A stretch of DNA of 64,000 nt from Zygnema circumcarinatum SAG 698-1b. Its lineage: Eukaryota > Plantae > Zygnematophyceae. Location: assembly GCA_037447605.1 (NCBI GenBank), contig CM074812.1, positions 2,046,001 to 2,110,000 of the forward strand. Direction: 5' to 3'. Positions 25,736-39,110 of this stretch are shown here, one piece after another (position 1 is the stretch's first letter; every line of letters starts with the position of its first letter). A program made the position numbers and the translations under genes. The notes under the pieces are model-generated. The model saw only the letters and a program-made list of their open reading frames with translations. It searched no databases and was not told the origin of the DNA.

Positions 25736-27482
25736 GCCTGCCCAGCATGCACTGCTGCCAGGCTCCCCCCAACTTCCTCCCTGCCTGCTCCCTCTCACCC
25801 GACCTCCTCTCTAACTTCTTCCCCCTCACTCACCTCTCCCTCTCTCTCTCTCTCTCTCCCTGTGTGTGCCTAAAAATCGTCGCCCCTAGGCTCTGGACGG
25901 CCCGCTATCGTCCGAACTTCTGCCGCTCCCTCCCTGTGTTCCCTCCCTCTCTCTCTCTCCTTCCCTTCTCCCCCCTCACTCGCCACTCTCTCGCTTCCCA
26001 CCTGCAAATCGTCGTCTGCTCTGCTCTGCACAGCACGGCCGTCTCTCTGCAAGTATTTGCCCTCACGATCTCTCGCTCGCCACCCTCGCTGTGCCCCTAC
26101 AGCCCGGATCGTCCTTCCTAACTCCCTCTCTCTCCAAACCAATCTTCTCCTCTCTGCCCTCTCACTCTCTCCTTCCCTCTCCCTCTCCCCTTTCCCTCCT
26201 TCCCTCCAATCGGCACCTCTTCGAACACTTCCCTCCCACTCACGCTCTCATCTCACCCCGATCACACCCTCTCCCTCTGCTCCTCCATCAACAGCAGCTC
26301 CCTCCCTTGACTCTCAACCCTAATTCCCCATCACGCCTCCCTCCTTCCTCACCCCTCTCCCCTCCCTCCTCCCTCCTCTCTCCCTCACTCCCCCCAATAC
26401 TCCTCTCTTTATTTTCCTTTAACTCTCCCTGATCCCAATCCCTCAAAATCTGAACCCTTCCCCGCCCCCCATGGCCGCTATTGATGTTCCAAGCTCCCCT
26501 CCCCCGCCGCCATGGCTGCCGCCTCCAGCGCTCCTCCAAGAGGGCGGGCCTTCAAACCTTGGACCTCCTTCGCTGGAGCACTGGCCGTACGAGCCGTACA
26601 TACCCTACATACAAGTACAATGGCCGTATATTTCGTACGCATTCGTACACAGTGTACGGACGCGCTATATGACCACCGACGTGCCCCTCGACCGAGCCAC
26701 AATCGGAGCGTGACGAAGGTTCGGGCGAGGTTCGGGCAAGGTTCGAAACCGGCTCGGTTGCTATCCGGAACCGGTTCAGCATGGAACGGTCACAAAAGAC
26801 AAGGGACCGTACGAACACAGCGAGTGACATTGCGCCACGTTGATGGCTGGAAAACGCGCCACTTGGCACGCAGCTGCTCGCGTGGCCTGCCAGCGTGGCA
26901 CACGGGTTTCGACAGCTGCGATGTGTGGATGGCCTGGGAGATCGGGCGGCGGAGATGCGGCCACGTGTACTAGTGTCGTAAGTACAGTACAATAACACAC
27001 ATTCAGTTGCCTACGGTACGCTACTCGTGTACGAGAGGGAATTGCAAATTCGGGGTCGGGGGCCGGATTCGGGAATACAAAGGGGATACAACCAGGAATA
27101 CATTTTCCGTGCAATGGGGTACAATAGGGGTATAGCGCGGCTCCGTTCTGGTACCAACAAGAATTTGGACCGCCAGTCGACGCTAGCAACGCGGCGCCTC
27201 CATGCGGCGCAGTCCCGTAGAACTGGACACCTGCCGGGTTCCAACGCTCTACACATGTGGCTCTGTTCCGTTGCCTAACGGCCAGTTCCACGACTCACAT
27301 AGACATGGGAAAAGGCCAACGCAACTTTTAGAAGGGGGTTGCAACATCATGGGACCATGCACGCATGCACGCATGCATGGGGCCATGGCCGCTGCCATGC
27401 CATGCTGAGCCCCATCCCATCCCATCCCATTCCATCCCATGCCATGGCATGGCATGCATGCGTGCATGCATGCGCATGTGCT

Positions 27483-29856
27483 CTATATTTTGTGCAGGAC
27501 GTAGCCGTCCTCCTCGCGCGTCATGCCCTCCTCCCACTCGCCGTACTTGTCCCCGCCGAACACCAAACACTTTATGCCCACGTAGCTGCCCCCCCCCACA
27601 TCACCCATCCCCTCGTGAGAATGGGAGAGAGAGAGGGTGAGAGAGGAGGTGAAGGGGGGAGAGGGAGGGGGAGGGAGAGAGGGAGAGGAGGTGAAGGGGG
27701 GAGAGGGAGGAGAAGGGGGGAGAGGGAGGAGAGAGGGAGGGAGGAAGTGGGTGAGGGAGAGAGAGGAGGTGAATGGGGGAGACGGAGCGGGAGGGAGTGG
27801 AGGGGGAGAGGGAGAGAGAGGGAGGGGGGGAGACGGAGGGAGGGAGAGAGAGGGGGAGAGGGAGAGGGAGAGGGACAGGGAGAGGGAGAGAGAGGGAGAG
27901 GGTGACGGAGAGGGAGGAGGGGGGAGAGGAAGCGGGAGGGAGTGAGGGAGAGGGAGAGGGAGGGATAAAGGAAGAGGGAGAGGGAGGCTGGAAGTGGGAG
28001 AGCGGCAACGACGGAGCAGTAGGTTAAGAGGAGAGCGAGAGGCATACTCTGAACTGAGAGTGATAAAAGAGTTGATCAGAGCGTCCAAAGCGAGCGCATC
28101 CGTTGTGCCCAAATCCACCCTGCACCGCCAGAACACGGAACTGAGTCATGGAACCTGGTCCCTTTTCCAGCCAGCCCTGAAGCTGCAGCAGCCCTGCCAC
28201 CCGAGGAAAGCTGATTGCAGGAAGAAGAGGAAGCAACCATACCAGACTCTCCCGATGTTGTCCTGAAACTCCAACTCGCCGATGTTGTGCAGCATGGAGG
28301 GCAGCGCCTCTGAAGCCTTCTCCGGCGAGAAGCTGTAGCTCGACTCAGCAGCCGCCTCGCTTAGCTGCAAAAGGAAGGCACTTTTATGATTCTGATGGAT
28401 CTCTCCCCCTCTCCTCCTCTCCCCATCTCCCCCTCCCCCCTATCCCCCTCTCCCCCNNNNNNNNNNCCCCCCCCCCCCCTCCCCCCAAACAGAAAAGAAA
28501 ATAGAAACAAAAAAAAAGAGCGAGAGAGAGAGGGGAGAAGACCCAACATGGCCACTTTTATGGAAGGTCTACAACATCAACAAAAGAAAGATTTGCATTT
28601 GGCGGGCAGGAAGTCCGGGCAGCAAAAAAAGTTACCGAGCCTATGTGCTCCACGTGCTCTTCGGTCGGCGGCGCGTAGAGATCGATCCAGATGTGTAAAT
28701 CGGCCGGGTCGAAACTGCCCCCCATTTCGACCACCTGCCCCAATCCTTGGGCAGTTGAAAAAAGAAAAAAAAGCGCGGAGGGTAGAGGGGGGAGGGAGAG
28801 AGTGGGAGGAGGGGACTGACAAAGACTGAAAGAAAAGAAATGGAGTCAGAAAAAGCCTTTTGCAGAACCCTCACTTGTGAAAGTAGACCTTCATAGGGTC
28901 CGCAGCACCCTTTTTAGGCTGAAACATTTCCGGACTCTTCCGCTTCAGTCGCGCTTCTACCTGCCCCCAAATCCGGGCAGCATTGAAACTCTTATTAGGC
29001 ATTTCTTCACCAAGGTAAAAATAAAAAAATCGTGGGGCCATTATTGGAATTAGTAAACAAATGTACATCGGTCACATTAATGCAGTTTTTACCGCAATTG
29101 AAACCACAAAGGTGTGAGAAGGAAGCTGAAGACATAAACTCCCTCCTCCCTCCGAAAGAGATTAGAACACTTGACATATTGGAGAGAGTTAAGTGAAGCT
29201 GTACACATTAAAAGGGGGAGGGAGAGTGGAGACGAGGGGCGCATACTTTTTCAAGCATCTTTTCCGGGTCGCCAATGCTGTTCCCCAAAATCTCGCGCAG
29301 CTCTTCATCGTCTTTTGTACCCTCCTCCAAAACTCTGCTCTCAGTAAGCAAAAGTGCGAGAGTGAGAGAGTGAGAGTGGGAGAGGGAGAGAGGGAGAGGG
29401 AGAGACAGCAGAGAAAGAATTCCCCGTCCGTAAATTCAAAACCCCAAACCGAAAACTCCAAGACCCACTCAGCGCCTACTTGGCCCAGTTCGGATACTCC
29501 GCGGGCTGCTGCCCCCTCTTCCTCTCCCGCTCCTCTCGCGCCTTCTCCACTCTCTTCCTCCGCGACGCGCTCACTCCCTCCCTTTCGCCCCCATCGGCCG
29601 CCATTGCCACAACCCTAATCCCAACCCTAGTCCCAACCCTAATCCCAACCCTCTGCCTATCCTGCACCGTGACTCTCACACCAAACCCAAACCCTTTCCT
29701 TCTCACTCTCTCGCTTTCTCTCCGCAAAGCCATGGCTCCCCCAACTATGGGAACAACTTCCCCTGGCTGGCCCTTCCCAAAGCAGCATGTCCCACGTGTC
29801 ATGTGCTTCGCATTTCCCGGCAACTGCAGCCACTCAGCTCCCGCCATGGCCGCCAT
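27483..29856 (-). CDS. DUF3531 family protein (plant/cyanobacterial, probably plastid-targeted); one internal exon missing at an assembly gap
   Basis: Exons 29856-29480, 29334-29247, 28960-28875, 28714-28636, [missing], 28364-28243, 28119-28048, 27585-27483. Motifs: YPNWAKVLEE..DDEELREILGNSIGDPE, VYFHNFDPADLHIW, LEFQDNIGRVWVDLGT.D..ALD.LIN, VFGG...GEWEEGMT. The start codon is uncertain. Confidence 0.85.
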
Positions 29857-30814
29857 GGCGCTCCGACGCCTCCCTCCCACTGCAAAAACTTGCCAGTGTA
29901 CAGCGCCGCTCCATGAGAGAGAATATTCGTGCCCGTTTAACGGCCCTCCTGTTAAACTGGGAGCGATTGACCTTCCATGTGAGGGCCCTCGGTCTGAAGC
30001 CAACACTCGAGCTGCGCTCCATCACTCGTGGTTTCTATGCTCGACTCGAGCCGAGCCACAAGCTTGGCCTCCCCCTGACATGGCCCCATCCACTTTTCAG
30101 TTTTGAAAGAAAAATAATAATATTCAAGATAGAAATCTGATGTCCAAGGGGACATTGACTATCATTTTAGGCTTGAAGAAAACTGACTTTTTGGGGACAT
30201 GTTGAAGGTTGGAACTTGCTCCAAACCTGTTCAGTATTTGGAAAAAGCCAAATTCTGCACTTTTGCTTTGTAAACTACTGTACTCCTACGACAAAGTTTT
30301 CTTCTTTCGTCCTTAGATCCTTTGTGACCCTTTCCTCGTGGTTCTCCATGTTGCTTTCAAACCATGTTCTCTTGATGGCACCGCCATGCATGAGACCGAT
30401 GTCAATTCTCTCTTCTCTTAAACATGTCTCCAAACAGAGGATGGGCTCAGTTGCCAATGACAAGTCACGTCCCCCCATCGACCCTTGTGCTCGCGTTCTG
30501 ACCCAACGGTTGAAGCCAAAGGTTGGTCCACGAGTTGCGTTGGGCCCACTGGGGACAGGCTCGAGGCTTCACATGGTGGAAACAACCCTTCCTAGTCGCC
30601 AACTATGTCTAGGACCTTGGACTTGGGGCACCACACCCCCACACATACTGCTTGAAGCAATGCAATGTGGTGTTACATGTATTTGTTTAACAAAAGCCGC
30701 GGCTCCAAGGTGCCACAGGCGATTGTTTTAAGGCGTAGTTTTAAAAGGCAGCAGCGGAAGCCCAAAAGTTGAAGGAAAAACTAGTCTCTCATTCAATTTA
30801 GGTCACCAACATTA

Positions 30815-30944
30815 GGGGGTGTCGGACTTAAAAATTGTTCGTGAGTTTGAGACCAAACGAGTACTCCGGTGACATCGCGGACCTGCTGCGGCTGAGTACC
30901 GAAACTTTCTTGTTCATAAGATATTGTTAAGTCTGACACTCCCC
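30815..30944. mobile_element. Short MITE-like element (about 130 bp) with about 17-bp imperfect TIRs
   Basis: Left end GGGGGTGTCGGACTTAA; the right end TTAAGTCTGACACTCCCC reverse-complements to GGGGAGTGTCAGACTTAA. Flanks ATTA/ATTG (imperfect TSD). Confidence 0.55.
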
Positions 30945-31631
30945 ATTGAACAATTTACCCGGCAGTGCCTGAACTTTTTGAATTCCAAGTATGAACCTTC
31001 TCAATGTCTGAACCCTCCCCCCCCCCCCACCCTATTGCACACCGAGGTCAACCCATGCATGTGGGCACAGGCACCATCCATGACCCAACATTGCCCACAT
31101 GACATGAGCATGAACATGAGCCCCCCTCCAATGACAGCCAACAAAAATCTTGTTTTAAATTTTTACTCCACAAGTGTGACAGGGCATGTGCCATGTTGCG
31201 CCATGATGCCGTTAAGGACATGTCTCGAGCATGCCCATGCTTTGGAGGAAGAAGACAGAGCCCCTTCTTGACTCGCATGCAGCCTAAAACCCTAAACCCT
31301 GAGGCGTCCCTTGCATCTTTGGAGTCCTATGACTTCATGGACAGCATAAGGAATCAGCTACAGGCACATCAGAGTCTCTTTCCTAGGGCTCCCTCTGCCC
31401 ATAGTGAGAGAGGGAGCGCAGCCTCCGCCCTGCGGCGGCTATATATGTACAACTCAGCGCGATGCTTTCTTTCATCCTGAGGTCTCGGCCGCGGCTCAAC
31501 TCTCATACATTTATGTAAGACGAAACAAGCGCCGCGTACTCTACTACAGTATACTGTGGAGCCAAGGAGGAAGCAGATAGCAAAAATCATTAAATTATGG
31601 GAGCAAAAATATTCCCGTGCGAGCGGGCCTC

Positions 31632-35950
<4,319 letters not shown>

Positions 35951-37647
35951 TGGGGGGGGAGGGGGGGGGAGGGAGAGGGAGGGAGGGGGAGGGAGGGGGA
36001 GGGTGATAGCAGCCGCTCTTTGCGGGGGATCTATGAGATCTGTGGAACGGAGCGGAGCGAGGTACCCTATAGAGAAACGAAGGGGAGAGAAGATGGAAGA
36101 AGGGGGGGAGACCCAACGAGGGAAAGAGAAAAAAAGCAAGATAGAGAGAGAGAGAAAGAGCTAAAGACAGAGAGCACCTTCGATCTCGAAGCGCCTTGAG
36201 AGACTACCGAAACCTTATAAAGCCACGACCCTTCCCTGCTCCCTCCGCACCCCAGAACCCTACAGCCTTCCCTTCTTCCGATATCTACCCCCCCACTACC
36301 CCTCTCTCCCTCCCCCCTCCTCCGCTAACAGCTTCTCCCTCCCCCTCCCCCTCCTGCCCCTCCCCCAACCAAACAGCCTCTATCTCCACCTCCCTCCCTC
36401 CCTCCCCTCCCTCCCCCTCCCTCTCCCTCCCTCCCCTCCCTCCCCCTCCCTCCCTCCCACTCTCCTCTCTCCCTCTCTCCCTCTCCCCCTCCCCCTCTCT
36501 CTCACTCTCTCCCTCCAAACTGCCGCCAACGCCTGACACCTCTTCGCCTCCCTCCCTCCCTTCCTCCCTCCCTCCCTCGCGGCGCGCAACCGTCTCCGCC
36601 AATCCGCGTGCCCCGTTGCACGTGTTTTACCATCGTGGCTGCACATTTACCGTCCGATCAGTCTAGATCGGACGGTGCCATGCCACCGTGACACACGTCA
36701 CGTTACGCACAGTCGCCCGTTATCCGGTTCCTGGAAAAGGCCTCCGAAAAGCGCACCCTGACGTGGCTGCCCGCCGGCGAAAACGGGCAGACAAAAAAAC
36801 ATTTCCTCATCTGCCCGGAACGGGGGGCAGCGCCGAGAAAGGCACCCGCTTTGTCGTCTTCTGACAACGACGTGACAAAATGTACGAATAATATACAAAC
36901 CAAATCAGATTCGTACGGTTTGATCGTACAACTGTGTACGAACATCATGGAAATGGCAACAATTTGAGCTTACCAAGATATTTTCCATAATGTACGATGG
37001 CGTGTCAGCGTATGATTGGTTCTTAGGCAGCTGTCCGTACGACCATGGAGTCCGTTCGGAACGCGCTCGCGACCGAAATTCCAAAAAAAATTGCTTTTCG
37101 TCGCGGGGTCGATTTTGCAGACTATTAGTTTTAAGTTGGCTCGATATCGCGCGAGAAGATATTTGTTGATGAGGTGGCAGCCGGCGCTTTCCAAAACCGC
37201 TTTCCTGCCGGCCAAAACTGCCGGCTGGAAAAAAATAGTTTCCGCCGACCGGCCGGAATGTCTGCCGGTCGGCATGTCGGCGGGTCGACAGAAGCGACAG
37301 CTGGAGTTAAGACATATCGTGTCGTGACAGACGTGGCACGAAGTAATATGACGTCATGCTGCGAAAGCTTATGTATCTGGAATGGGTACAATTGGGAAAT
37401 TAGTAAATCGGACGGTCAGGATAGACGGGATCCGATGGATTTTCAGGATATCCGGAAGAGGCGGAATTATGAGAGGCCGGCGAATCGGCGAAAGCGATCG
37501 TGACACGTTGGGGAGGGGACTGTGACAGGCCAATATATCCCGATACCTATCGCCATATATCCCGAGATAAGGGTATCGAGATTTCTGGCACTTGAATCGC
37601 TCTTTTTTTTTGGAATTTGTTATTTACACACTTTTTTTGGCTTAATA

Positions 37648-38351
37648 GGGGGGGTCAGACCTTGACCATCAACCATAAGCTCGACCATAAAGCCCGGAAG
37701 CCCTCCTCCGGTGATCCTGGTTACCTTTTATCGTCAGCGCATTTTTGTTGCCCTTCAGCATTGCCTCGCTTCTATGCTCCTTCGGCGTGCTACAATTGTT
37801 GGCGACCGTGTTGGTGGACTTCCGCCGCTCCCTCATTGCGATGTGCCTCACATTGGTGACCTTCGCGGATGCTTCTAAGGGCTGCGTTGTTGCGCCTAGG
37901 CGTAGATTTCTGCTCTTAGCTTTTATCTTTTGCGCTTAGGTCCTTTGCGACCAATCCTTTGCGGTTCCACATGTTGCTTTTGTTTTGTTTTGTTGCTTTT
38001 GTTTGATGGCCTCGCCATCGTGAGGTCAATGCCATTTTCTCTTGCCTGTTGACCATCGCTTACGAAATTCTCGGATTCCTTATACTAAAAGTTACTTCTT
38101 TCGTGTACGAATTCCGGGTCGGGATCCGCGGCTCCACCGTACACAGTTGTACCGAAATGCGTACTTAGCCAATGCTTAATTCAAATTCTCGGATTCCTAA
38201 TACTAAAAGTTACTTCTTTCGTGTACGAATTCCGGGTCGGGATCCGCGACTCCACCGTACACAGCTGTACCGAAATGCGTACCTAGCCAATGCTTAATTC
38301 GCCCGACAGGCTTACGAAATTGATTTGGCGATAGTCAAGGTCTGACTCCCC
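37648..38351. mobile_element. Non-autonomous DNA-transposon-like element (704 bp) with about 22-bp TIRs and candidate TTAATA target-site duplication
   Basis: TTAATA|GGGGGGGTCAGACCTTGACCATC ... GATAGTCAAGGTCTGACTCCCC|TTAATA. No transposase ORF. Contains an internal ~120-bp tandem duplication (~38064-38300). Confidence 0.75.
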
Positions 38352-39110
38352 TTAATACACCTGAAAAACCAACACCCTTGGACCTAAAACAAAATCTGAC
38401 TAGCGAAAAAAGGTATATATCTAACCACAAAAGGTGTGTAAATAGACCGTAAGTTAAAAAAAAAAAAAAAAAAGTAAATGTTGAGACTTGATATCAACAC
38501 ATACCCACATTGCCGAAAGTTCCTTTTCCTTTTGGAAAAAAAAAAAAAAAAAAAAAAAAAATGAAGCCCTTCTTAACATTGTATGATGCATTCACCGGAA
38601 TTCGTCATCGCCTTTGAACGCAGACAGAGTCCTCTCCGGCACCCTTCAGGTTTCCCTCAAAAAACCTAATTTTTGCTGAAGTTTTTAGCTCAAGTTTTCT
38701 GCTGAAGTTTTTTGTTGAAGTTTTTTGTTGAAGTTTTTTGTTTAAGATGACAACCGCAAAAGCCTGGAACAAATGGCCAGCCTGAGAGCAGACCTCAAAT
38801 GAGAGAGTGAGAAAGAGAGAGAGAGAGAGGAGTGGCAGTGGGCGGAGACTCCTCTTTACGGAGCCAGGGGGAGGAGCGATCCCCTGCCCGCCTCAGGGAG
38901 GGGAGGGAGGGAGGGGGTCACTTCATAACTGAACGGCGACGGAAGCAGAGAGAGGGAGGGAGCCAAGGGGGGGGGGGAACACAGGGAAGCACAGCGCTAT
39001 TAGAAAGTGAAGCTCACGTCCTTTCTTATGGACAAAAAGATGCACATTTGCAGCCCTTCTCTCTTCTCTCTCCCTCTCCCTCCCAGTCCTTCTCTCACAT
39101 AGAGCTCCCC

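Noticed and set aside
26712-26760. GGTTCG x3 ending GGTTCGAAACC, resembling a tRNA T-loop or B-box
   Set aside because: There is no 5-bp T-stem, acceptor stem, D-arm or A-box.
30216-30731. 171-aa plus-strand ORF between DUF3531 and COL
   Set aside because: No recognisable motif, splice context or codon signal.
38454-38562. Two poly(A) runs suggesting a retroposon tail
   Set aside because: No TSD or element body is identifiable; they fit equally well as U-rich sequence downstream of RPS8 on the minus strand.
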